A stretch of 64,000 nt of DNA from assembly GCA_013265495.1 (NCBI GenBank), contig MU061579.1:420872-484871 (forward strand), in the 5' to 3' direction. The position numbers and the translations under genes are program-made. Positions 35,851 through 48,237 of this stretch are shown here, in pieces (within the stretch, counting starts at the first letter, position 1; the number at the start of each line of letters is the position of its first letter). The notes below the pieces were generated by a model. It saw only the letters and a program-made list of their open reading frames with translations, did not search any database and was not told where the DNA came from. The stretch is from Vicugna vicugna. Lineage: Eukaryota.

Positions 35851-38647
35851 TACCTATGCATAACTATTTAACCAGCACCTAGAAGAACCTACAGATATTA
35901 TTATTCATACATGGGATACATATTTTTAAAAAGCATATTAAAATACAGTCTTCTATTTCTAGTGGGGCTGTGTTATTTAAGCCACTACTGCTCCAGAGAT
36001 GGCTTTAAGCAAAGCATGTTTACACAATATATTTTCTGGATTTTTTTTCTGTTATATTTTAATAACAATTGGTATTTCTATGGCTCTACAGTTTTCAAAG
36101 AACATCAAAGGTATGGTGTAATAACATAATTTCTATGGCATTTTTGGAATTTAGATAGTATTTTAATCCCCATATTGTGGATGTGAAAATCCAGAAATTT
36201 ACTTGCCAATAATAGTAAAACTTGTAAACATATGACTTACATAAAAGACCTCTAATCTTAAGTCTACTCTGTTCTCTACACTTTAGTGCTTTTATTGTTT
36301 GTTTCTTTGTTTGTTTCTTCCTCTTTCTCTCTTTGATTTCAGGTAATCAGTAAACTCACGATGGCTCCTGAGTCTCCAGGATATTTACACAGGAATACTT
36401 GAGCATCTGCAGAAGGCAGCAAGGGTCACTGATTAAGATACTTTTATATGAAGTCCCTTTCCCTATTAGAACATATTGTCCCTGAGTCCCACACTCTCAA
36501 GTTCCCAAAAATGGCTTTTGGATATTATTTTTCTGCCTTCTTCACCCCACAGTTCATGTGCTATCATAAGGTTTGAATGCTGGGGAACCTCTGGCATCCA
36601 GTTTCAGCTACCAGCTATAATCTAGACAGGTGTCTTTTTCTGGACATTTTCACATTATGTCACAGTGATTTCCCAACATAAAACAAATGTTTCAAGAACT
36701 GATGGATATAAAAATAACCAGTAGAAAATTTAGAACAGGAAACATATACAATCATAAAAATAAAAATTATACTCAATAGCTAAAATAACAACTAACCTAG
36801 GTATAATTAAAGAATATATTTGTAAGCTGGAAAATGACACTAAAACAGATATCAATAAAGAAAAAGCCTACATAAATAGAAAAATCAGAAAGTGAAGAAG
36901 AAATTAACAAGAAGTATGAAGAGAAACCAAACATAACAGAAGCTCTAAGGTGCAGTTCTTTAAACTCTTCCTCTGAAGCTATTAGTTGGGGGCTAGATGT
37001 GATCAATCATCTACGTTGATGAGAGAAAAAGAAAATGATACATGTGAGTCTTAATAAAAAGCAGAAGTTTGAAGTCATTCGGAATCTCTTTTTCTTAGTA
37101 AGGTCTCCTCTTGTCTTTTGGGCACACAGACAAGTCAATATGCTACTTCAATGTTTTGTATTCTTATCTGTCTATCTTTATTAAAATATCTTTACTGCAA
37201 ACTGCTAATTTCAAACACAAGACTGAATCGAACCGCAGAATTTCCCCCATTCTTGATAATGTCATGGTGTTTCCAGAAATAGGCATCCTCTTCTTTGCTG
37301 GTTTCTGGGGGAGTGTCTATCAGACAGCAATATGAAAAAAGGGTCTGGTTGATGAGGTTCTTTTCTAATACAAAGAAAATGCAAGAGTCTCAAGTTAAAT
37401 AACAAACCCTCTCTTGCGCAGGCGTCTGCTTTGGTAAATGAAATACCTTTCTTTGCTTAGGCTGCTGCTCACATACAATATGAGGCAAGTGCACCCTTCT
37501 CAATATGGAGTTTCATCAACTGCAAAGCACACTGGCTAGTAGTTGCATATGAATTGAGATTATACCATTTTTTTAACTTTGGAATATGAAAGTAACCCCA
37601 TTTTAAAACATAATAGATTTATTTCTTACTTATGTCTTCATTTTTTGGAAATTATATGATTTTAAAATCTTAAATATTTAAACTACTATATAAAATGTCT
37701 GCACGAAGCCTGTTTTAGTGTCAAAAGTAGCCACCCCCTACTGTATTCTATCTGATTTGGCTTCTTGGTTATGATTATTTAAAGATACTAGAATGAGAAA
37801 TGAAGGGGGATTAGTTATATAACAGCTTCAAAAATATTTGAATAGTAATATGTTCTAAATATTTAATAGATATGAATTACCACTACAAGTTCTAAAATAT
37901 TCTAATTGTGCATAAAACTCTTGTTCTTCTTATTTTAAATGCATTCAGAGGAAAGTGATTTAAATAAAGAAATGATATTCCTAGGGTGAAAATCATAGAA
38001 TTGTATGATACTTATGCTTCTACTTAGTATGCAGTCTTAATAAGTAGCAGGTTTTTCTAAGAATGGAACATTATTGTTATTCATTCCAACCAACTGGACT
38101 TAAAGTAGTGTCAATTTTCAAAAGTACAATGCTGAGTTTGCATCAGTTCTGAAATAGCTCATACTTTTGTTAAAATACGTGTGGTTTTTATTACTGCAAG
38201 AAGCAATTGTATTCTGAATAAAACATTGCAGTTTGCTCAGCAATGTTATGATGACATAAGCATTTATTAATGTCCAGTACATTAAGTATTATATATTGTA
38301 CATTAAGTGTCATATATTGTCTCCAAAGCAATAAATGGGACCTGATTTCTGCTTCATTATATTTAAGATATGATAACTAGAAAGATAATTTCATGAGGTT
38401 AAATATTTTTGATAGTATCAAAATTGCTAGTACTTTAGAAATTAGTTGAAGATAAAACTTACCTGTCCCCTAATTTAGATGATGCTAGTCAGGACAATGT
38501 CATTTTGTGCAATGTTGAGATTCATTGTGAAATTGTACTCATCCTTTGAGGATTAGACTAAATCACATCTCGGCTAGAAGCATTTATCTTATGAATTCAT
38601 GGCATACAAAGATTGGAATAAACCTTAGAATTCATCATGTCATAACC

Positions 38648-38810
38648 CAGACCAGAATTTCTCAAATGCTTTTGTTTCAACCTTGCATCAACAGCACATC
38701 TCAAAACCATCCACAAAATCATATTCTTAAAAGAGTGAAGCCCAGAAATCTGAATTTAAATTGGCACTCTAAGTGATATTATACATTGTAGAATTATCCA
38801 ACCATTACTC
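38648..38810. mobile_element. MER5-like hAT-Charlie MITE (decayed)
   Basis: cagaatttctcaaatg...gtgaagcccagaaatctgaatttaaattggcactctaagtgat...aaccattact. Confidence 0.5.
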
Positions 38811-39391
38811 CAGCTGGGCTTGAAATCCTTCTTTGACAACTTTTCTAATGGTTGAATATCCTTTGAGAAAAAAATGCAAGTAAACTACACTCAAATGCCG
38901 CTCAAAATTTAGGCAGTTCTATTATAAATATAATTATGCCTTATACTTTGTCAAAATTTGTTGCTTCTGAATGTCTATTTCAGCTTTATGAAACTACAAA
39001 GAGACTTAAAATCCTTCAAATGCATTTTAAAAATTCATGTAATATGAGAGTTAAACCCTCATATTATTAATTTTAAATAGACACTTTTATGACTTTCTTG
39101 TGACATGGTTTTCAGGCTTCCTAACTCTGCCTACTTATTAATATCCTAATAAACTTTTATTGAATTATATTCCTCTTAACGTAGAGTATACTGAGTCAAA
39201 TGCTATCTTTTGCATGATAGGATGAGTTCCACATATTAAAGAATGAATGAATAAATAAAAGGATAACATTTAAGTGGTAATTAACATCTTTGAAAAACTG
39301 CTGTGTCTCTGGTGCTACTCAAGTTCTTAATATTCTTTGTTTTATGTAATCCTGTCCCAAACATATGAGGCAGGAAAGTTATTACTAAGTG

Positions 39392-40117
39392 ACTTGGACA
39401 GCAGCATGTAAATCAATGAAGCTAGAACACTCCCTTACACCATACACAAAAATAAACTCAAAAAGGAGCAAAGACTTAAACATAAGACAAGATACAATAA
39501 ACCTCCTAGAAGAAGATATAGGCAAAACATTGTCTCACATATATCTCAAAAATGTTCTCCTAGGACAGTCTACCCAAGAAATAGACATAAAAGCAAGAAT
39601 AAACAAATGGGACCTAATTAAATTTACAAGCTTCTGCACAGCAAAGGAAACCATAAGTAAAACAAAACGACAACCTACAGAATGGGAGAAAATGTTTGCA
39701 AACGATGAAACTGACAAAGGCTTGATCTCCAGAATATATAAGCAGCTCATACGACTTCATAAGAAAAAAAACAAACAGCCCAATCCAAAAATGGGCAGAA
39801 TACCTAAATAAGCAATTCTCCCAAGGAGGAAATACAAATGATCAATAGGCACATGAAAAAATGCTCAATATCACTAATTATCAGAGAAATGCAAATCAAA
39901 ACTACAATGAGGTCTCACCTCACACCAGCCAGAATGGCCATCATTCAAAAGTCCACAAATGACAAATGCTGGAGAGGCTGTGGAGAAAAGGGAACCCTCC
40001 TACACTGCTGGTGGAAATGCAGTTTGGTGCAGCCACTGTGGAAAACAGTATGGAGATTCCTCAAAAGACTAGGAATAGACTTACCATATGACCCAGGAAT
40101 CCCACTCCTGGGCATAT
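39392..40117 (+). mobile_element. Young L1 ORF2 internal fragment, truncated at both ends
   Basis: ORFs 39389-39811 and 39838- encode WTAACKSMKLEHSLTPYTKINSK...KWDLIK...[21 protein letters not shown]...HCWW...[12 protein letters not shown]; nearly identical to 13802-13887 where they overlap; no 3' UTR or tail. Confidence 0.93.
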
Positions 40118-40123
40118 TTTTTC

Positions 40124-40169
40124 TTGATATCACAGTCTTTTTTTTTTTTTTTTTTGATATCACAGTCTT
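40124..40169 (-). mobile_element. Poly(A)-only retroposed insertion with 16-bp TSD
   Basis: ttgatatcacagtctt (40124-40139), T14, ttgatatcacagtctt (40154-40169). Confidence 0.8.
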
Positions 40170-40748
40170 AACTATGTTTGCACTAGTGTTCCGAACCTGG
40201 CCTGTTTGCCAACAGAGTTTGTGTTTGTTCTTTGCATACTGTGCTTATAAGGGAATTTATTATCTTTAGCTTAAATGATGAAAATTATATTGACCTCAAG
40301 ATTATCTATAATTGCTCATAAAAGTGTGAGCAGTATTCCTTTCAAATGTATAAGAGAATGAAATCTCATGATGTCTAGTTAAAATGAGCAACGTTCTGAT
40401 CATCAATTTTATTATAAGCATTAAGTTACTGGTCAAAGTTAACAGTTATTAAATGAAGGAAATCCCATCTATTATTTTATTTAATCCTCAAAATAACCTC
40501 ATATGGTAAACATGAGTCTCCAAAGGTCCAAAAAGCTTTTGAAGAGAATACAGATTATGTACAAAGAAAAGGAGAAATAGACTGTCATCAGGATTCTCAG
40601 CAGTAACATTGGGAAAGGAATAGCTTCGTATTTTGACTGAAAACGCAACAAAAAGAATAAAGGCCCCTGAGTTATTATAGAGGAAAATATTGGGAATTGA
40701 GAAAAGAACCAAATGTCTTATGATTACAATGGGAGAAATTTGTTGGGT

Positions 40749-40834
40749 TTCTTCCTTCCTTTCCTTCCTTTCCTCTGTCTTTCCTTCTTCCCTTCCTTCC
40801 TTCTTTTCCTTTCTATTTTTCTTTTTTTTTTTTT
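40749..40834. repeat. (TTCC)n / T-rich low-complexity tract
   Basis: Direct reading. Confidence 0.85.
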
Positions 40835-41055
40835 GAAATTTAGCTCAGAAAACTAAGCTATTAGAAAAGGGCAGTTATTAACTTAAAAGAAGACAATAAT
40901 GACATCAAAAGCAAATAAAGTTTCATAAGAATGAAGTCTATATTATATTTATAACTTAGCTGTAAAAAGTCTGTTTATAAGATAGCGTTGAATATTGATA
41001 CAGACAAACTTTGCAATATAAATATATTTGGAACAATGGAAGATGTGTGTGTGTG

Positions 41056-41693
41056 TGATGAAGGAAAAATGGGTGTGGGGCGTGAGGAGGGCCATGTCCC
41101 GTGCTCTGGTTGAGTCCTTGGGACGTGACCCGCCAACTGTGAGTCCTTGGCTTTGTGCAGGAAAGAATTCAAGAGCGAGCCACAGTTGAGTAAAGGTAGA
41201 TTTATTTAGAGAGATACATTGAAAGGCAAGAGAAAGGCCACAAGGTGTGGGGATTGGGTGCTCAGATTGGAGTAAAAATAGGTACGCATTCCATAGGCAG
41301 AGTGCTGGCTGATTCTGAATTGAGAGAGAGAGAGAGAGGCCGTGACAGACAGTGTTACCCATTTTCATGGGCTTTGGTAGCTTCATATGCTAATAAGTGA
41401 AAGGACCAGTCTAAGTAGCCTGGGGAAGGGGCTGGGATTCCCAGGTAGTTGGCTAATTCCCCACTCTTTGACCTTTTGTGGCTAGCCTTGAGAATGTCAT
41501 GGCGCCTGTGGGCATGTTATTCACCATATTAATATATTACAATGGGCTTATAATGAAGCTCAAGGTCTACTAGAAGTTAAATCTCCCACCATCTTGAGCC
41601 TCAAGGCCTACTGGGGGTTGAATCTTTCACCATTTTGATGTTAATTACTGTAGCATTCCTTGAATGGCTGTGCTCTGCCCCCTTCCTGTCTCA
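41056..41693 (-). mobile_element. ERV1-class solo LTR (638 bp) inserted in a (TG)n repeat
   Basis: Minus strand starts TGAGACAGGAAGGGGGC and ends CATCA; AATAAA on the minus strand near 41200; aggaaagaattcaagagcgagcc motif; 4-bp TSD TGTG (41052-41055, 41694-41697). Confidence 0.88.
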
Positions 41694-41809
41694 TGTGTGT
41701 GTGTGAGAGAGAGTTAGTGGGGTCAAGAGATAAGGAATAAAACTCCTCTGTATGAAATTTTCACAGATAATTTTCTAAAATAAGAAATTGCCATTTTAAA
41801 AGCATTTGT

Positions 41810-44800
41810 TTTCAGTTTCAACTCTAACATGTAACAAAGAGCTGAAAAGTCACTGCTTCTATTCTTACATTAAAAAGCTGAAAAAATAATAATCAATAAC
41901 TATGACAGAATCCAAGAAAGAACTGAGGTTTCAGGGCCAACTTCAATCCTAAAATCTGGAGAGACAGGCAAATACAGACAGTCACAGCTGAGCGCTGCTT
42001 GTCTAGACCAGTAACATTGGAACCGTAAACTGATAAATTAATACTTGAGTAATTTTTACAAATTGCTGAAGGCTGAGTTGGGGGGCGGTGGGGAGGGACA
42101 TTTTCAGGAGTTTTGCCTCCGGGTACCTATTATACCAAGTTCTCAAAAGGAAGAGTCAGGAAAGATTGCCTCAGGGCTCTGTAAATTGAAGGGGAGGATT
42201 AACCATTGTGAAATATACAGCACATTTACACACAAAATATCTTCCAGAAAACAGTAACAAAGGGAACATTTTCTAAATTATTCCCTGAAGCTACCACTAT
42301 ATAAAGAGGATAAAGGAAGAAAAAGCAGATGATTTTACCAATTACTTCAGAAAACCCTTTGACAAAACCCAACAGTCACTCATGATAAAAACACACAGCA
42401 AACTAGGAATGGATAGAAGATTTCTCAACTTCATGAAGCATCTCTACAAAAACCCTACAGCTAACAACATGCTTAGTGGTGAGAAACTGGATTCTTTGTC
42501 GTTAAATTTGGAAAGAAGGCAATGATGTCCTGTCTCATCAGTCATATGTAGCATCATACTGGAATTCTTAACTAACACAACAGGCAAGAAATGAAGTAAA
42601 AATAAGAAATCAAGATGTACACATTGGGAAGAGAGAAGTAAAACTGTCTTTGTTCACAGATGACTTTTGCATCTGTGCAGAAAATCCCAAAGAACCTATA
42701 AAAATAAGATAAACTTCCTAGAATAAGCTAGTATAGTAAAAGCACAGGGCACATGGCTAATATAGTAAAGTCAATTGCTTTCCTATATAGCAGCAATAAA
42801 CAACTGGAAACTGTAATCTAAAATGATATCATTTATGGTAGCCTCCCTAAAATACAAAATTAAATATTTAGCTATAAATGTAACAAAATATATATACAAG
42901 ATTTATATGTAGATTCCTGCAAACTCAGTATTGTTAAGATGCCAATGCTTCACAACTTGAGGAAACCTTTAATGCAGTCTCAGTCAAATCCCAGGAAGCT
43001 CTTCTATGGATGTCCGTAAACTCATGAAATATAAAGACAAAAGACCTAGAATAGTCAACACAATGGTGAAGAAGAGGAACTAAGTTGGAGGATTCACACA
43101 ACCTGATTTCAAGATTTATTATAAAGCTACAATAATAAAGATCACGTAGAATTGATGCAAGAGTTTAAGCACAGAACAAAAACAGGAGTCCACACGTACA
43201 CCAATGTAGATATACTCAACTGATCTTTTACAATGTAGCAAAGGCCATTAAATGAAGAAGATACAGTCTTTTCAACAAATAGTGCTGAAACATATGCAAA
43301 AAACTGAACCTAGGTACAGACTTTACATCCTTCACAAAAGTAGCTCAAGATGAATCATAGATGGAAATGTGAAATGAACATCTATAAAACTTCTGGAAGA
43401 AACTGTATAAGATCTAGGTGACTTTTGGTTTGGCAGTGAGATTTTTAGATACAACACCAAAAACGTGATCAATGAAAGAAACAATAATAAATTGAAGTTT
43501 GTTAAAGTTTGTTTATTTTTCTTATAGTGTACGACACTGTAAATGAATGCAAAGATAAAATCACAGGAAAGAGAAAACATTTGCAAAGCAAACATAAGCT
43601 AAAAGACAAAATACACAAATAACTACTGAAACTCAATAATAAATAAACAACCCAATTAGAAAATGGACAAAATATCTGAATGAATATCTCACCAAGCAAG
43701 ATAAACATACAGCAGGTAAGTGTATGAAAAGATGCTCAACATTACATGTCTTTAGCAATCTGCAAACTAGAGCAATAGTATGATACTCTTATGCAGCTAT
43801 TAGAAAGACTAGAATCTAAAAAGCCCTGGGCTAACAGTTGCTAGGTAAGGATTCAGAGCACCAGGAACCCTCATTCACTGCCACTGGGAATGCAAAATAT
43901 TATAGTTACTTTCAAATTGGTTTGGTGCTTTATTACAAAGCTAAGTATAGTCTTACCATATGATCCAAGAAATATATTCCAGGGTACTCACAAACTTACT
44001 TGAAAACTTATGTTCACACAGAAAACTTCACATGAATGTTTATGGTAGCTATGTTTATTCATAATCACCAAAAACTGGAAGCAATTAAGATGCTCTTCAA
44101 AAGGTGAATGGATAAATAAATTGTGATACATCTGTACAATGGAATACTATTATTCAATGATTAAAAATGAACTATCAAGCCATGAAGACATATTGATGAT
44201 TATTAAATGCATATTGATGATTATTAAATGCATATTGATAAATGAAAGAAGCCAGTCTGAAAAGGCTACATACTATATAATTTCAAATATATGATATTCC
44301 AGAAGAAGCAAAACTATAGTTTATGGTAAAAAGACCAGTGGTTGGTAGGGGCTTGGGGAAAGAGGGAATGATTGAATAGATGAAGCACAGAATTTTTGAC
44401 GGCAGCAAATCTATTCTATGTGATTCTATAATGTGAATATGTGACACTATACCTTTGTTAAAATTTATAAAATTTCATAGAAACAAGAGTGAACCTTCAT
44501 GTATGCAAATTTAAAAAATTCTTTAGGAAATTCGGAAACTCAAGATGGATGCAGAATGTGACACACAAATCTAACTGTATAACTCATGTATGAAATAACC
44601 TCACTAAAATAGAGAAAGGGCAGGAAATACATAGGATGATCCTGGAGCATCTTATAGTGCCAGAAAGTAAGCAAGCATTGAAAAATTGAACAAAGCAAAA
44701 CAAACAATAACAAAATGCCCGCACTGTTGAGGGTATGTCAAAAGGGCACGTGAATCAACAGAAAAGTTCCAGTGGCCACAGCTGGAAAATTTGAATTGCA

Positions 44801-45440
44801 CAATAAATCAAATACTATTGAATTATACCACAAAGTATGAAGTCAATGTCCATGAGTCACTCTGATATGAATAAATACTTAACAAAGTAAACAGATGGGA
44901 AAGAAGAGAAATATCTGTGAAGAAAAATTCCAGTAGTTTAAGTAGCTATACCTCCCTCGAGAGATGGACCAGAACTCCCTGTACCTTAAGTGTATATTGT
45001 GCGTAATGACTACCCTCGAAAGAAGACAATATGGAGTGGGAGGTGAGGGAAGAGTAACTTTCAGTGATGAAATCTGACAGACAGGACCGCAGTCAGATGG
45101 TCCAGGTTTGCCTCAGGTTGATAGTCTGTATCCTTGATGTGACGTGGTAAAAACGAAGCTTTATTTCTGTAGTCATCCTCCCCAAAACCCATTAACTCAG
45201 TCTAATAATGAGATAAACATTATATACATTTTAGTTGAGGTAATGTTCTACAAAATCCCTAACCAGTCCTACCCAAAAAGTCAAGGTCCTTAAAAACAAG
45301 TCTGTGAAACTGATATAGCCCAGAGGAGCAACACACGACCAAATGTGATGTATTCTGGATGGAATTCTGAAACAGAGAAAGGACATTAGGCAATCATAAT
45401 GTATGTATACTGGTTTATTAATTATAATAAATTTTACATA
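41810..45440 (+). mobile_element. Old L1 (L1MC-like): fragmented 5' part, ORF2 3' half and long 3' UTR
   Basis: ccctttgacaaaacccaacagtcactcatgataaaa, aaactgtctttgttcacagatgac (LFxDD), cttaccatatgatcca, gaaaaggctacatact, cctggagcatcttatagtgccagaaagtaag. Confidence 0.85.
44189..44239. repeat. 21-bp tandem duplication (2.4 copies)
   Basis: catattgatgattattaaatg x2 plus catattgat. Confidence 0.9.
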
Positions 45441-46984
45441 CTTATATATGTTGGGAAAAAAAAAGAAGAGAGGGAAGAGGGAAGGAGGATGGAAGGAGAG
45501 CAAGAGTCTTAGATTAAAATGCTCTAAGTTACTCAGATAAAGCAGGGACTTACATTCAACTCCTTCTGATGCTAAAGCCCACAGGATTAATCACTTTATA
45601 ATTTTTTTTTTTGCCTTCCATAAAAAGAAGACAAAATGGCTAGGACAGCAAGGTGTCTCTTGCTTAACTGTAGCTGAAAGGTAAGAAATTCCATTTCCAT
45701 CCCTTCAGCAAATTCAGTGTATTCACTGCTAGATGTTATGGAAAGGAATCACTATAGTCAAAAAGAGAAACTTGGAACTTGCCTCAAATGTTGCAAATAG
45801 TTAAGTCAATTCTACCTGCTTTTCCTTTTAATGCTTTTTAAGAGCCTATCTTCATAATCTCTCTTGCCGTATCTTATCCGTGTTATCATCAGAGTTTGCT
45901 TTGTAAGTCCAGATTCTGGGATGCGTCTTTAGTTTAAGTTGATGGGAAGAGATTCAGCAACTTTATACAAAGTGAAATCTTGCTTGGGGAGCTTAGGAAG
46001 AAAATAACCTCTGTTGGGCTGGAGTGAGAAAGTTCTTAACTGCAATGTGTAAAGGCTGCTTTGCACGTAATTTTATTCATTTCTTAATCAGTGGACAATA
46101 ATATATGATTTTTAAGCCAAAGCACAGTGTTCTTCTTCAAGGTTTTGTATTACCCATGTAGCTAGTAGAAGGGAAATGGCCTGGGTCATTTCCCCCTCCC
46201 TTTTTTGTTTTTTAAAATAGTAGCTTAAAGGGATGAGGCTAATTTTCTGTGTAATTATTTTAAGACTGAGTTAGAGAATTCTCTTCTTCATGATTCTTTT
46301 CTCCTGTTGTGTTTTCAACTGAGGAACGAAATCATTTTAATGAACTGTGAGTGTCTAGACTGGGAACAGTTCTAAAGACTGGGATCTAACCTCTGAGATT
46401 AGTTTGGCTGTGGTTTTTAGAGCCCAGCCTGGGTTTTCACTGAGCCATTGTATCTCCTCTGCCATTGTTAGGAAGAGGGTAATGTCTTTGCTGTGAAGAT
46501 TCATAAAAATGATTGAGGGAACAAAACGCCAATTACTTGTTATGAATAAGAATTATTGTCTATAATATTATCTAATTATTATGAACAACAATTTAAAAAT
46601 GGTCATTCAAATTTATCCCTCTAACAACTAATGTGGGAAAACTACAAAAAGACTTTCTCCTTTTAAAATAGCTAATAATTGCCTTTCTTTACCATTTGAA
46701 CTGATGTAAAATGACATAGAAGCCACTTCTTCCCTGCTAAATCACATTTCAAATGTTCAAAAAAAACACCCAGATTGCAGCACAGAGGCAAAGTTACAAT
46801 TAAGCTACACATGGGTTGTCTTTTTAATTTTAGTTGACACATTAAATATCTATCATTATTTTTCCCTATTAAATTAATATTCTGTGAACTTGAGGCATTC
46901 TTTGTATTATGCCAAATTAATCAACATCATATTTTATTGCATTGTATCACGTCATTTCATGGATTCTTTAATGTTGTAGAGAAA

Positions 46985-47190
46985 GCAGCAGAATGAGAGT
47001 CAAATCATTGCTAGTGTCTCTAAAATTGGCCAAATCACCTTGGATAAACTGCATGTTCTTTCATAGTTTCAATGTTCTCCAAATAAAAATGAGAATAATA
47101 ACACATGCTCACTTCATCTTCTAGGTCTTTTATCAGTGACAAACAGCATGTGAGAAATCTTCTAAAATTTGAAGACACCAATAATTTTAT
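46985..47190 (+). mobile_element. MIR SINE (decayed)
   Basis: tcaccttggataaactgcatgttctttcatagtttcaatgttctccaaataaaaatgagaataataac. Confidence 0.55.
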
Positions 47191-48092
47191 AACAAAGATT
47201 ATACTTAAATATTTGAAATATAGGTCATAACTTTATCATAGAAAGATGCATGAAAAGATTTAAATGTACTCATTTAAAAATATATAAAGTTTTATAGGCC
47301 AGTAAATTCATATTTTATATTTTAAGACAAATTGAAAAGGCCCTCAAATTAAAGACAGATTTGATTTTCTTAATTTAAAAGAAAACCACCATTTTGACTC
47401 AATGTACCAAGCCCTGTAAACAGAACAAGATTAATAAGTTTATTATTTAGAAAAGATTAAACTTGAGAGTCACTTAATAAATAAATAAGGATACATCATT
47501 AATTTAACGTATTAATTATGAATATTCTTTTAATGTTCTTTAAGATACTTGGAAACAAATTGCATATTCCTGTATTTTATATATCTTATATTTTTGTTTA
47601 TGTGATAATTTTTCTTATTTCTACTTAGTGTATTTGAAAATTTAACTAGTTTTAACCTTTTTAATTATCATAAATGACAATTATTACATTATATGTATCT
47701 CTGTGGAGAAGATTCATTACATAGGTTCTGGATAAGTACCTCTCATACATTATTTATAAGTGCATTACTAAAACAGCATTCTTATAATAATTCTGCAGCA
47801 AAATTCTCAGGTATTAAATTCTTCCTTTGTGACTAGTTTACTTTTTTCACTTGAGATGCTACAGTTAAACTTGATTCATTTCAGATTACACTATTCTAAA
47901 TGTATGAAAATGTAAATGAGAGCTTGTTAGAAGTTTATTCTTACTTATAAAACAACATATAAATAAAGCAAAGCAGTTTTACAAATAATATATGGGATGA
48001 TTATTTAAAATATTTAGCAAAACCAACCGTTTTGATTGACATAAAAGTCATTTGCAAGCAACTATGTTCATGCTACAATATTGATATGCTAA

Positions 48093-48237
48093 GGGGGAGG
48101 GTGTAGCTCAACTGGTAGAGCACATGCTTAGCACACACAAGGTCCTGGTTTCAATCCTCAGTACCTCCTCTAAAAATAAATAAATAAGTAAACCTAATTA
48201 TGTCTCCCCCCCAAAAAAATTAAAATAAAAAAAATTT
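48093..48237 (+). mobile_element. Vic-1-type camelid tRNA-derived SINE
   Basis: gggggagggtgtagctcaactggtagagcacatgcttagcacacacaaggtcctggtttcaatcctcagtacctcc (A and B boxes), (taaa)n, A tail; perfect 16-bp TSD aatattgatatgctaa (48077-48092, 48238-48253). Confidence 0.93.

Noticed and set aside
37415..37425. TGCGCAGGCGT, NRF1-like motif
   Set aside because: Isolated imperfect match with no CpG island around it.
38463..38573. Minus-strand perfect donor CAG|GTAAGT with a possible exon
   Set aside because: Candidate acceptors (38543, 38573) have poor pyrimidine tracts, and the shorter version is closed in all frames.
40949..41386. 145-aa minus-strand ORF
   Set aside because: Lies mostly in a solo LTR and microsatellites; no gag/pol/env similarity.
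48093..48165. tRNA-like sequence (also 63618-63692)
   Set aside because: Has an A-rich tail and TSD and is too diverged for a tRNA; it is a SINE.
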